Notes under the pieces: generated by a model
What the model saw: only the letters and a program-made list of their open reading frames with translations
Told to the model about the DNA's origin: nothing
Databases searched by the model: none
Position numbers and translations under genes: made by a program
Source: a virus
Taxonomy: Duplodnaviria; Heunggongvirae; Uroviricota; Caudoviricetes
Strand: one strand, 5' to 3'
Length of the DNA: 64,000 bases
Virus record (IMG/VR): IMGVR_UViG_3300025093_000001
Shown here: piece after piece, positions 29,362 through 38,828 of the stretch
Numbering within the stretch: position 1 is the first letter of the stretch
Layout of the letters: each line of letters opens with the position of its first letter

Positions 29362-29443
29362 TAATTACAGATATTCATTCCTCCCACATCTGGAGTACCT
29401 GTTGGAACCTAGCCAACAGTGTATTCTTGACAATATGGACAAA

Positions 29444-29752
29444 TCATTCTTTTGGTTTATAAACTGGGTCAAATCTTCTAACTGTAAGGTTAGGAAGATG
29501 GTCTTTGTGAAAGTTCTCAACTCTCATTAAGAAACTTCTGAAAGAAATTCTGACCAGACCTTGTGGTACTGTGACAGATTCTTTCCCTCTAAATTTTCGA
29601 GTCAATTTCTCTACTAATTTAGGAACTTTAGGATAATTCTTGATTCTCCTACGGTAATAGTTCCACTCCGCAACTTGGGCTTTTGTGATTTCCATTAGTT
29701 GTACTTTTCGAAGTTCATTTTGGACATGAATTTTCTCTCTAGTTTTGTCCAT
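29444..29752 (-). CDS. Hypothetical basic protein
   Basis: ORF. Confidence 0.4.
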   Translation of the reverse strand: MDKTREKIHVQNELRKVQLMEITKAQVAEWNYYRRRIKNYPKVPKLVEKLTRKFRGKESVTVPQGLVRISFRSFLMRVENFHKDHLPNLTVRRFDPVYKPKE

Positions 29753-30240
29753 TTACTAGGAGACTTCCATCTACCTCTTGCATAAATATAGCGAGCTTTT
29801 CTCCATGAGCTGTCTCCTAAGAGATAGCAATCTTTGGACATTGCTATACATGCAATCAATAGATTCTTTCTGGTCTTCTTGGTGAGACCTAACCTTTTAG
29901 AGTATATCCTCCATGTGGAGTTTATCATTTGTAAATCTCCGTGAGAAGATTCACCTGGGACATACCATGGCCCTATGATGAAGTTAGAATCATTAGGATT
30001 TCTCCATCCTGATTCATTCATCCCTACATCATAAATGTATTTTTTAGGCACATTAAAACTGTCACAGTAGTACGCTACCTGTTTGAATATCCATCCTTCA
30101 GGTAGGTCAAGTTCTACAGGTTTGAGTATCACTGGAGTAGTGACCTTTGCAGGTTCTACAACCTTCCTGTTTTCTTTGCGGGATGCAAATATAAACAAAA
30201 AACAGAGTAATATCAAACCAATGTTTCTGATTATTTTCAT
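29695..30240 (-). CDS. Secreted lysozyme-like protein (possible lytic transglycosylase)
   Basis: Signal peptide MKIIRNIGLILLCFLFIFAS; NESGW...GDLQMINSTW resembles the SLT catalytic Glu-Ser plus GLMQ region. Confidence 0.4.
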   Translation of the reverse strand: MKIIRNIGLILLCFLFIFASRKENRKVVEPAKVTTPVILKPVELDLPEGWIFKQVAYYCDSFNVPKKYIYDVGMNESGWRNPNDSNFIIGPWYVPGESSHGDLQMINSTWRIYSKRLGLTKKTRKNLLIACIAMSKDCYLLGDSSWRKARYIYARGRWKSPSKWTKLERKFMSKMNFEKYN

Positions 30241-30290
30241 GTTATAACCAATTAGGTGGGTCGTGATTTTCTACATAATTACATGGCATA

Positions 30291-31007
30291 TCAATACACA
30301 TTTGTATTGGCATCATGGTGGTCTACTTCGACTAATTCTTTATTACGAAGTAGTTCCATAATATGAGAATAGCTAATAGGACCATAATATCCAAATTGGT
30401 TGAAAATAGTATCAACTCCTACATCCATAGCTTTACGTTTGTAATAGTCTGGTGTAGTGTGATACATAGAATTGTGGCAATGACCATGAAGATGTATCCA
30501 TCCTTTCATATGACCATTCCACACAAAGAGTGGATAGTGACAAAGTACGAAATTATACTTCTTAGCTTTTTGTTGACGACCATTAACAATTGGTTGAGCC
30601 TCTACAATTGTCAATTCAAGTAATTCATGAACTGATTTGAAAAGATGTTTATAGTGAGCTCTAATCCAATGGTCATGGTTTCCAAATACTAAATGCACAT
30701 TTTTACATAGAATTCGGTCAAGAAAATGAGGAATCTGAGTCTTATCACCAAAAGCAAAGTCACCTAAATGAATAAGAGTGTCATTGGGTTGAACTCTTTT
30801 ATTGATTTCCTCTAGAAGAAGAGTATTCATATACTCTAGATTTTCGTTCATATCACGCATACCACCCTTTTTCCACTTACTGATACCTTTTACAATATTA
30901 GTATGGTTAAAATGAGTATCTGATGTAAACCAGATATTACCATCATTTGTATTTAATCGCATGAGGATTGTTTTGTAGCTTGTGATACATATCCAATTGT
31001 CTTTCAA
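30291..31007 (-). CDS. Calcineurin-like metallophosphoesterase (candidate polynucleotide 3'-phosphatase)
   Basis: SDTHFNH, GDFAFGD, GNHDHW and HGHCH motifs. Confidence 0.7.
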   Translation of the reverse strand: MKDNWICITSYKTILMRLNTNDGNIWFTSDTHFNHTNIVKGISKWKKGGMRDMNENLEYMNTLLLEEINKRVQPNDTLIHLGDFAFGDKTQIPHFLDRILCKNVHLVFGNHDHWIRAHYKHLFKSVHELLELTIVEAQPIVNGRQQKAKKYNFVLCHYPLFVWNGHMKGWIHLHGHCHNSMYHTTPDYYKRKAMDVGVDTIFNQFGYYGPISYSHIMELLRNKELVEVDHHDANTNVY

Positions 31008-31416
31008 GTATCTCTTTGCCTACCTTACGAATACGTAGGGTCTGACGCTCTAATAGAGTACCCATATCAGCATCGAAATACTTGTATTCCACATCAATTC
31101 CCTTATCTTTCAAGACATCATATCTTTTAAGGTATTTGAGTTTTAGATGTGTAGCATCAACAATGACTGTTTTGTTTAGATTAAGAGAGCTGTGTATCAA
31201 TATATTTTCATATATTGTAACTTCTTTCTCTCTTGCAGGAAAGTCATGTCGAAGGTAATACTCTTTAATGTTATCTTCAAGATAACCAAAGAGTAACTCG
31301 CGAATCTTGTCCCTATTGACAATAACAACATTGTTAGGGTCTTTTATATGGGCCTCATGAGCCCAGGTAGATTTACCTGAGCCCGAAGGTCCAATAAGTA
31401 TGATTAACTTAGGCAT
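30943..31416 (-). CDS. P-loop NTPase/kinase (candidate polynucleotide 5'-kinase)
   Basis: Walker A GPSGSGKST at the N-terminus; about 157 aa; adjacent to the phosphatase and RNA ligase. Confidence 0.55.
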   Translation of the reverse strand: MPKLIILIGPSGSGKSTWAHEAHIKDPNNVVIVNRDKIRELLFGYLEDNIKEYYLRHDFPAREKEVTIYENILIHSSLNLNKTVIVDATHLKLKYLKRYDVLKDKGIDVEYKYFDADMGTLLERQTLRIRKVGKEILERQLDMYHKLQNNPHAIKYK

Positions 31417-31811
31417 TATGACATTACGGTTTGTAACTGTTTTAAAACTTCTTTCAGATGTTTGTTATTATCATAGATACCCATGAAGGCATCTTGAGAG
31501 ATATTTTGTCGTTCAAAGAGATTCTTCACAATAAAAGAATCGCTAAAGAACCTAGATTTACATTGAGTAAGTACCTCTGCAAACTCACCATCTGAAGTCA
31601 TAAGTGTACAAAGATAACCATCATTTGTCTTCTTTAGAAGAACATATGGATGATTGAAGATTGGATGCATAAATATATCACCAACTTTGAATTGTTCAGG
31701 TGTACCAAGATGTTTATCTTTTGGAAGAGACTGTATCCAACGAAACAGTTCATCTCTTGTAGGTAAATTTTGCATCTCACGCAATTTCTCTAATAGGTCA
31801 TCACGTTTCAT
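31416..31811 (-). CDS. Hypothetical protein
   Basis: ORF between the kinase and ligase. Confidence 0.4.
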   Translation of the reverse strand: MKRDDLLEKLREMQNLPTRDELFRWIQSLPKDKHLGTPEQFKVGDIFMHPIFNHPYVLLKKTNDGYLCTLMTSDGEFAEVLTQCKSRFFSDSFIVKNLFERQNISQDAFMGIYDNNKHLKEVLKQLQTVMS

Positions 31812-33115
31812 GCGGTATCCTCAATATTAGATTCTCCTGCATCAAGTTGTTTAGTCTCAAATTCAAGAAATTCAAAGCTTTTCAACTTATAAATCTCATA
31901 TTCATAGAGTCTTTCAACTCTGAGACATATACCTTCAGCAGGAACCTTGTTGTTACACCTAAAACATCTTTCACCATTAGCATAGTCATCCTCTAAATTA
32001 GAGATGAATTTTTCATGCCAATACTCACCAGTATGCAGTTGAGGATATAAATCTCTCGCTTTACCTGTAAAATACCTGTAAGATGGATTCAATCTGTTTC
32101 TCAAACAGAACTCAACTATCTGTGGTGTAGACAACTCCATAACTACTCCATTTGGATTAGTATAAGTTATTCTATACACTTCAAGTTTGTGTTCTCCTGG
32201 TCTGCAACCATAATCAAATGGTTTTTGAATGAAATTTCCTTCCTTATCATAGCCTATCATCTCTCCATAGAGAGTAAAGCCTTTAGGAATTTTGTATCCA
32301 ATCTCATCTTTGATGTCTTTCCACAAATCATAGCCATAGAAGTGGTCTTGTCCCTTTGGGTCTTCGAACTGTTTATTCTTAACTACTCGTCTTGAACCAT
32401 AGACCAAATCATACTCTTCTGTTTGTATCTTAACACCAAGATTAAGGAGTACTTTCTCAATCCAATTTAACTTCTTCTTTACTAGCACATTACTGACCCA
32501 CCACGAGGTTCCATGTGTCTTATAGGTAATAGAGATAGTATCTGATGGCTTGATATTAGACATGTATTTTCTGAGATTATCAGTATCTACATGTAAATGT
32601 ACTTGTCCCTCAATCAGTCTTGACAGGGCTGGTTTTTTGCCTTTTTTGTTAGGTGGTCCATCATGTTTGTTGACCTTTTTGATGTATTTCTTGAGAAGCA
32701 ACTTCTCATTGATAGTATCAAACTCAGTATTAACAAAATCTGATGGATTTTTATTGACACCAGCCCATTCAAATACATGATTAGCTGGTACAATATATCC
32801 CATACTCCTCTCACCTCTGAGGCTCATGGCTTTGACTCTACAATGCTTTTCAAAGAACCCACCTTCATCTGGTTCTGTATTGAGAGTCTTGTCTCTAAAA
32901 CTATTAGTCTTAGAAAGAAAGTCTTTATTAATCTGACACTCCACAGGAAAGTATACATAGATATCTCCATCTTTTGCTTTCATGTCAGTGATTACATTTT
33001 GAAAGTCTATGAGACAGGTTTGTAGCCTATCTGCATTAGAATGTTTCTGTAATCCCTTTAGTTTAACAACCTTAGCTAAATAGTTAGGGTTAAACTGGTC
33101 GCTTTTCTTGAGCAT
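31808..33115 (-). CDS. RNA ligase (Rnl2-like nucleotidyltransferase)
   Basis: Motif I YKTHGTS matches the T4 Rnl2 KIHGTN lysine-adenylate motif. Confidence 0.55.
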   Translation of the reverse strand: MLKKSDQFNPNYLAKVVKLKGLQKHSNADRLQTCLIDFQNVITDMKAKDGDIYVYFPVECQINKDFLSKTNSFRDKTLNTEPDEGGFFEKHCRVKAMSLRGERSMGYIVPANHVFEWAGVNKNPSDFVNTEFDTINEKLLLKKYIKKVNKHDGPPNKKGKKPALSRLIEGQVHLHVDTDNLRKYMSNIKPSDTISITYKTHGTSWWVSNVLVKKKLNWIEKVLLNLGVKIQTEEYDLVYGSRRVVKNKQFEDPKGQDHFYGYDLWKDIKDEIGYKIPKGFTLYGEMIGYDKEGNFIQKPFDYGCRPGEHKLEVYRITYTNPNGVVMELSTPQIVEFCLRNRLNPSYRYFTGKARDLYPQLHTGEYWHEKFISNLEDDYANGERCFRCNNKVPAEGICLRVERLYEYEIYKLKSFEFLEFETKQLDAGESNIEDTA

Positions 33116-33128
33116 TCTTAATTAAGTA

Positions 33129-33344
33129 TTAATCCGCTTCAACTATATAATACCAAACAAGTATGATATTCAAGATTATCCAAGTAACAACGGGGACAGC
33201 TTGTCTACCATCAGGAGCACACTCATGCCAACAAAGGACATTAGACTCTCCCCAAGTAATTGAAGCCCCTATCCAAAGGGTTAGGGTAAAGGCTATAAAA
33301 GCAATTATTACCTTTTTTCTAACTAAATTATTACGATAACTCAT
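33129..33344 (-). CDS. Small membrane protein
   Basis: Two hydrophobic helices. Confidence 0.35.
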   Translation of the reverse strand: MSYRNNLVRKKVIIAFIAFTLTLWIGASITWGESNVLCWHECAPDGRQAVPVVTWIILNIILVWYYIVEAD

Positions 33345-33489
33345 AGATTTTTGATTATTGGTTCTTTACCTCCCTCAAAAACTATCCAAATTGTGCAACA
33401 GGGAAGTATATTGATGCACAGTCTTTTGTTGAACTTTGAATAGTGGAGCCCTATCCAGAAACTCCACCATCGAAAAAGAAATCCTGCTT

Positions 33490-33822
33490 TCATGATATAA
33501 AGTATTTCCAATATTCTTTTACTGCTGAGGCAAATTCTTCAAGATTTTTTCCACCAGAAACTGTTCCACCCATAGTTCTACATAAAATACCCTTAATGAT
33601 AGGATAATAATTATCTCCACTATATAGACCATTGTCAGGACTTAAGAAACCATACATTTTCTTATATGAAAAATCTATAGTTCCAATAGAAGAATCTTCC
33701 CAAAAGCTAACACCATTAATTTTAAGTGTTCTTTTACCTCTAAAGTTAAGTTTAGGAGAATAACCTTCCCAAACTCTTTCTTTAAAGTTCAGTTGCCAAT
33801 CTTTTAGTTCTTGTAAAGTCAT
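33490..33822 (-). CDS. Hypothetical protein (start moved to the internal Met to avoid the tRNA)
   Basis: ORF 33490..33879 overlaps tRNA-Leu; the internal ATG gives MTLQELKD... Confidence 0.4.
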   Translation of the reverse strand: MTLQELKDWQLNFKERVWEGYSPKLNFRGKRTLKINGVSFWEDSSIGTIDFSYKKMYGFLSPDNGLYSGDNYYPIIKGILCRTMGGTVSGGKNLEEFASAVKEYWKYFIS

Positions 33823-33836
33823 TATTGTTTTTTTAG

Positions 33837-33922
33837 TGCAGGAGGAGGGAGTCGAACCCTCACGAACATTACTGCTCACAGGATTTTAAGTCCTGCGTGT
33901 CTACCAATTCCACCACTCCTGC
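33837..33922 (-). tRNA. tRNA-Leu (anticodon UAA), type II with long variable arm
   Basis: Acceptor GCAGGAG/CTCCTGC; anticodon stem CAGGA/TCCTG with loop CUUAAAA; T-arm GAGGG-TTCGACT-CCCTC; 86 nt. Confidence 0.6.
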
Positions 33923-34014
33923 ATACCACTAGAGAAAGTATTTCAACTCTCTGTAGGCGACTATATTTATCATCTATAATTATTAAATCCCTACGCCTGT
34001 GCGACCTAGTGTTG

Positions 34015-34088
34015 TACACCCAATAGGAGTCGAACCTATAACCTACAGCTTAGAAGGCTGTCGCTCTATCCAATTGAGCTATGAGTGT
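34015..34088 (-). tRNA. tRNA-Arg (anticodon UCU)
   Basis: Clean cloverleaf: acceptor ACACTCA/TGGGTGT; D-arm GCTC..GAGC; anticodon arm ACAGC-CUUCUAA-GCTGT; T-arm ATAGG-TTCGACT-CCTAT; 74 nt. Confidence 0.7.
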
Positions 34089-34192
34089 ATATAGAGATAA
34101 ACTCTATATGTCTTTTTGCATCCATTTGATTATCTTGCGAATTGCAATGAATACTAGGCAAAGACAGCCTAAATAGATTATACTAACTGTTG

Positions 34193-34567
34193 TTATCCCC
34201 ATAATAGAATCAAATAAACGGTTAGAATAATCCTTATGTTGTGTAGTAATTGGTCAAGACCCATTACATTTACAGCTTCCCACATTCTGTCTTCTTGAAG
34301 ATATCTGGTTGATACACGGCTTGTAATACTATCAATAATGTAGTGAGTTACAAGAGTTATGGGTATAAACAACCACATCCAATGAGTAAAACCTACTCCT
34401 ACAGTAAGAATAAGAATAAGTGGAATATAAGAGAATGAGTAAATACTCACATGTCTTATTAGAGTATCTAGCTGACTAGACTTACTTTGCCTAGTGTCTA
34501 AATCCTGAAGGATATAGTCTGCCAAATAATGATAGACCAAAAATCCAATGATTAATGCTGTATACAT
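34193..34567 (-). CDS. Integral membrane protein
   Basis: Three or four hydrophobic helices. Confidence 0.45.
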   Translation of the reverse strand: MYTALIIGFLVYHYLADYILQDLDTRQSKSSQLDTLIRHVSIYSFSYIPLILILTVGVGFTHWMWLFIPITLVTHYIIDSITSRVSTRYLQEDRMWEAVNVMGLDQLLHNIRIILTVYLILLWG

Positions 34568-34570
34568 TTG

Positions 34571-34597
34571 AAAAAAAGGGGAGACCTAAGCCTCCCC
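34571..34597 (-). terminator. Rho-independent terminator downstream of the NadV gene
   Basis: On the minus strand, GGGGAG-loop-CTCCCC followed by a run of seven T. Confidence 0.45.
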
Positions 34598-34607
34598 TTG
34601 CGACAGT

Positions 34608-36086
34608 TTAAACCAAGGCTGCGACACGCTCCCTGATTTGGGTTAAAGTTGTTGGGTTGAAGAATAGTCCATCCTCATAGATTGTTTGGAGTTCCCCCTC
34701 TCTTTCTTCTAACCAACTTACTTGGTCTTTTAATACAAGACCATCAGCGGTTTTCACAACTTGAAGTAGTCCCTTGGCACTCTTTTTAGTTCCGTCATCA
34801 GTAATAGGGTCTTTGTAGATTTCTCTACCAATTACTTTTCCCTCGGCATCTGTAATTTCTACATAAGTTGCTTTCATAGCAAAACCAAAAGTGTCACGAG
34901 TGTTGAACTGGTAAGTAAAGCTTCCTATGCCCAGTACCACGTTAGTACTTGCAAAGCCTTTCTGTTCCAACCGTTGACATATTTCTTCAGCTCTTTCCAA
35001 GGTGATAGAGTCTCCATAGATTGCTCCAATCTTAGGATTTAGAACTTTGTATCCCTGCTCATTTACAGTTCCACCAAATTCATCCCAAAGGAGTTCAATT
35101 ACACCTTTGTGTTCAGGTAAAGTTTTCATGTCTTCTCGGTCATCCATTACAGTTCCACAAAGGATGTCAGCAGGATTACCAGAATCAGGACGAATGACAA
35201 TTTTACCATCTCTTGCAAGAATTTCATCATGTAATTCAGGCAAATAAGCTGTCAACACTTTCCACAAGTCCCATGTATCAGATACAATGGAGAGAATACC
35301 TTTAGGAAAGATAGACATAAGCCTACGAAATGTGTCAATTTCAGTTTCATGACCACCAGCACACATCACTGAGTGCTCGGTAGCATTTACTGAGTAAATC
35401 ACTCCATCAGGTTCACGATAGTATTTTCTGGCGCCATGTATTGTTGGCAAACTATCAGAACCTAAGAAGCTTGTTGCATGACCTAATCCTGAACTAATGA
35501 CAGCTTCGAGGGAGTCCATGCCTCTCATAGAGAAATCATGTCCTTGAAAATCCACAAAGCCGACATTATCAGCATCGGTCTTGAGTGCCCATTTAGTGAG
35601 TACTTTCTTGAACTCAAGGGCAATTGTTGCGGATGTAATAGGTTTCCACAACAAGTTGGAGATTAAAGTCTCCAGGAAGTTTGTCAACCAGAAGAACTCT
35701 TCATAAGTATTCTTAATGGTTAACACGGGTACACCAATGGGACACAACGTTCCTTCTTCCAAGGCTTTCATTTCAATAGGGAGAAAACCTAAATCCCACA
35801 GGGCTTCGATATGAGAGACATCATAATCCATACCTAGGTACATGGAATACTCGTCTTTAATCTCATTACAGACTGCTCTTTTGGGTTGATTGAAGAAATC
35901 ACGTTGAAAACCATCGTGTATTTGATGCATGACCATTTGGAGTCCAAAGACAACTACGCTGTCTATTCCATTTGGTGCATACTTATTGCTTCGAGGTGTA
36001 AAGTTGGATACAACCAAACTTGTTCCCTCTGGATACATAGGCATGTGACCTGTTTTGTACCCATCAGTTCCTAAAAATGGATTCAT
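34608..36086 (-). CDS. nadV: Nicotinamide phosphoribosyltransferase
   Basis: N-terminal MNPFLGTDGYKTGHMPMYPEGT matches the NAMPT family N-terminus; about 490 aa. Confidence 0.8.
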   Translation of the reverse strand: MNPFLGTDGYKTGHMPMYPEGTSLVVSNFTPRSNKYAPNGIDSVVVFGLQMVMHQIHDGFQRDFFNQPKRAVCNEIKDEYSMYLGMDYDVSHIEALWDLGFLPIEMKALEEGTLCPIGVPVLTIKNTYEEFFWLTNFLETLISNLLWKPITSATIALEFKKVLTKWALKTDADNVGFVDFQGHDFSMRGMDSLEAVISSGLGHATSFLGSDSLPTIHGARKYYREPDGVIYSVNATEHSVMCAGGHETEIDTFRRLMSIFPKGILSIVSDTWDLWKVLTAYLPELHDEILARDGKIVIRPDSGNPADILCGTVMDDREDMKTLPEHKGVIELLWDEFGGTVNEQGYKVLNPKIGAIYGDSITLERAEEICQRLEQKGFASTNVVLGIGSFTYQFNTRDTFGFAMKATYVEITDAEGKVIGREIYKDPITDDGTKKSAKGLLQVVKTADGLVLKDQVSWLEEREGELQTIYEDGLFFNPTTLTQIRERVAALV

Positions 36087-36991
36087 CTGTTATCAGGGTT
36101 AAAAAGTTCAATTACATTCAAATTATCAGGCTTTTCCTCAATAGTACCATCCTCATCAACAACATGCATATAGTAATCATATGTGCTATTGGTGGTGTAT
36201 ACTCTATCAAAGTAACGTACTACTGAATCTTTACCTAAGTTTTGTACAGTCATATGACTGACAGCCAGGAATAATCTTCCTGCATTTCTCTCTCGTAATA
36301 ATTTGGCTAAACCTTTAAAGGTTCCACCATATACGCAAATATCATCAACAATGAGTACATCCTTACCCTTAAAGTCATTGACTGAAAGAATTTGATGTAA
36401 CTTACCATCTACACGAGATTTAGACGCAGAGTGAACCTTACCTCCCCATCTTAGCCTTTTAACTGTATCCATAAGAGGCTTATAACCTCCTGCATCAGCA
36501 GCTAAAAGATGAACAAGAGGATACAGTCTTTCATTTACAGTTGTAATATAATGGTCATGTACCCACTCTGCAGGTAAATGATATACATTTATTGCTAAGT
36601 CTTGAAGTACTTTCTCAATGAAAGTATAATTCTTTAAGATTGCGACATTATTCAAACCCATTTCCACTGCTTGAGGATTGTGTGGATGATAAATAACATA
36701 AATATCTACATCTAAAGAATTAAGAAAATCAAGAACTATCTTGAGACTATAAGAATACCGCCCAAATCTTGAGTCAGCCTGTGCATCAATAAGACGAGGA
36801 AGAGTTACCTGTAGCTTTCTACGATTCATTGAATCATATTGTCTAAAAGCATCAACATACTGTGCTAATTGCCACAGTTGTTCATAGTTTTGGATGCGCC
36901 ATACTATCTCTGATTTTTTAGCATCATCAGTTCTGAAATAAGATGTACCATCAGGATAATTGTGCATCAATATAGGTTTATCACTCATCAT
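36083..36991 (-). CDS. PRTase-fold protein, ribose-phosphate pyrophosphokinase (PRPP synthetase)-like
   Basis: VLIVDDICVYGGT PRPP-binding loop at the position expected in Prs; about 300 aa; translationally coupled to nadV. Confidence 0.5.
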   Translation of the reverse strand: MMSDKPILMHNYPDGTSYFRTDDAKKSEIVWRIQNYEQLWQLAQYVDAFRQYDSMNRRKLQVTLPRLIDAQADSRFGRYSYSLKIVLDFLNSLDVDIYVIYHPHNPQAVEMGLNNVAILKNYTFIEKVLQDLAINVYHLPAEWVHDHYITTVNERLYPLVHLLAADAGGYKPLMDTVKRLRWGGKVHSASKSRVDGKLHQILSVNDFKGKDVLIVDDICVYGGTFKGLAKLLRERNAGRLFLAVSHMTVQNLGKDSVVRYFDRVYTTNSTYDYYMHVVDEDGTIEEKPDNLNVIELFNPDNR

Positions 36992-37370
36992 CTTCTTCTT
37001 TACAAGCTATAAACTTGAATTGTAAGTTACATTCATTGTTGGCTAATACACACTTGTACGGTGAAATGAAAAGTTTCACCTGTGTATCATTTGGGGCTGT
37101 ACCTTTTAGAATAAAATATTCATCTTTAAAGCTGAACATCTTATCTAATGTGTACACTCGTTGTTCACCATTAAAATATAGTGTAAAACTGTCTAAGTCC
37201 ACACTCAGAGTTATTGAAGCTGGTTGTGCTGGTGAACAAGTATCTACACATGATGATTTAACATTAGAGTTAAAACAAAATGCAGTACTATCATAATCGT
37301 ATTGTACGATTTGAGAAAAGCTAGTCCATGTAAAGCAGGACAATAGTAGGGTGAAGAAAAATGCTTTCAT
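36981..37370 (-). CDS. Secreted protein
   Basis: Signal peptide MKAFFFTLLLSCFTWTSFSQ. Confidence 0.45.
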   Translation of the reverse strand: MKAFFFTLLLSCFTWTSFSQIVQYDYDSTAFCFNSNVKSSCVDTCSPAQPASITLSVDLDSFTLYFNGEQRVYTLDKMFSFKDEYFILKGTAPNDTQVKLFISPYKCVLANNECNLQFKFIACKEEDDE

Positions 37371-37382
37371 ACATTCTGAGTT

Positions 37383-37411
37383 AAAAAAGCCCTCATATTT
37401 CAGAGGGCTTT
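37383..37411 (-). terminator. Rho-independent terminator (usable in both directions) after the SPFH gene
   Basis: GCCCTC-loop-GAGGGC with A-run on one side and T-run on the other. Confidence 0.45.
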
Positions 37412-37442
37412 GTCCAATTATGAAACTATTCTATGTATTACC

Positions 37443-38756
37443 CTATTTGGATAAACTTTTCTCGATGTCCATGAGCATTTTAATACCCAAGGCATCCATT
37501 GGTGATGCTCCACCATTGCCTCCACCTGTCACTACGACATTTGGCACTTTTACTTTGGCTAACTCAGCAGCAATACCAACCCGAGTCTTATAGTCCCATT
37601 CAGCCTCTTCCTGAGGCGTGAGACCAGCAGCACGGAGAGCTCGGTTTGCAGCAGCCTTAGCATCTTGCTCTCGTTGTACTTTGAGTGCAATATACTTAGC
37701 CTTTTCTGCATTTTCCTGTTCTACCTGTTTTGCTTTACGAGCCCGAATTACTGACTGTCTCTCATCAGCTTCCTCTTTGGCAGTTACTTCAGCAATAAGC
37801 TTTCGACCCTTTACAATGGCCTCTTGCTCTTCCTGTTGTGCTGTAATGAGTCGCTGTTTCGAGGTAGCTTCATCTGCTGCTGCATCAATCTTATCCTTAA
37901 GCTTAGCATAAATACGCTTGTCATAGCTTACACGGTCAATTGATGCAAATGATGCAAACAGATTGTACTTCTGAATGTCAGATACAGTTCGGAGAATATT
38001 ACCATTTTGGTCACGTTTCTCATCAGTAATGATGTAAGTCTTTGTGGAAGAATCAGGTAATGTCTTCACCTTAGTTTCAGTTACCAAAAGAACCTGTCCA
38101 TTACGGAGTTGGTCTTGGAAATAGTCTTTTAATTGTGACTGTCCTCCAGAATAATGTTCTTCTGATGTCATCCGTTGACATGAGTAACTGGCCGTTTCTT
38201 TCTGATACTGGATAAGAGTAGTTTGTTTTAAGTTATCAATGTTGTTATAAGTTGTGTGTAACTCCAACATGTCAACCTCATTAACAGGTAAATCCCATTT
38301 CACAGTATGAGAAACATAGGCATTATCACCTTCTGCAAATGTAGCGGAGTGTCTTTTCTCCCAATAATCTGCTTCTTGTGACCGTTTATCCTCTGCTGAT
38401 ACTTGTACAGTTACGTTATTAGGCCAAGTAGTTACCTTAGAGAAGAACCCACACCAATACCATCCAGGAGTGAATTTTACCCACAGGTCACCATCGACAG
38501 TCTGAACAACTTGTCTATTACCAGCATCATTGTTAGCTAAGGGGTTTGAAATCCCTGCAACAATTAGTAAGATGGAAGCAAAGAATAAACTTACAATTCC
38601 ACCACGACTTAAGCTAAGACCTCCAAGAACTCCAGGCTTAACCCGTTTACCATTCTCTTCACGTTGGGCATTAGCCTTGTCAATTTGTTTGTTAACTGAA
38701 CTTACAGCCAACAGGAACACTGCAATGAGTAGTCCCAATACACCGAGTAGTGTCAT
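37443..38756 (-). CDS. SPFH/band-7 (prohibitin/HflK-like) membrane protein
   Basis: N-terminal TM helix, long coiled-coil Glu/Ala/Lys region, C-terminal ...PNVVVTGGGNGG typical of the band-7 family. Confidence 0.55.
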   Translation of the reverse strand: MTLLGVLGLLIAVFLLAVSSVNKQIDKANAQREENGKRVKPGVLGGLSLSRGGIVSLFFASILLIVAGISNPLANNDAGNRQVVQTVDGDLWVKFTPGWYWCGFFSKVTTWPNNVTVQVSAEDKRSQEADYWEKRHSATFAEGDNAYVSHTVKWDLPVNEVDMLELHTTYNNIDNLKQTTLIQYQKETASYSCQRMTSEEHYSGGQSQLKDYFQDQLRNGQVLLVTETKVKTLPDSSTKTYIITDEKRDQNGNILRTVSDIQKYNLFASFASIDRVSYDKRIYAKLKDKIDAAADEATSKQRLITAQQEEQEAIVKGRKLIAEVTAKEEADERQSVIRARKAKQVEQENAEKAKYIALKVQREQDAKAAANRALRAAGLTPQEEAEWDYKTRVGIAAELAKVKVPNVVVTGGGNGGASPMDALGIKMLMDIEKSLSK

Positions 38757-38789
38757 ACAATAATTAAATATAGGTTAGAAATTATACTA

Positions 38790-38813
38790 AAATAAGGGGA
38801 GTTACCTCCCCCT
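38790..38813 (-). terminator. Candidate terminator hairpin (GGGGGAG/CTCCCC)
   Basis: GC stem followed by a T-rich stretch on the minus strand. Confidence 0.3.
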
Positions 38814-38828
38814 ACTTCAATACATAAA

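Noticed and set aside
33923-34014. Possible third tRNA between tRNA-Leu and tRNA-Arg
   Set aside because: No T-arm or acceptor pairing found.
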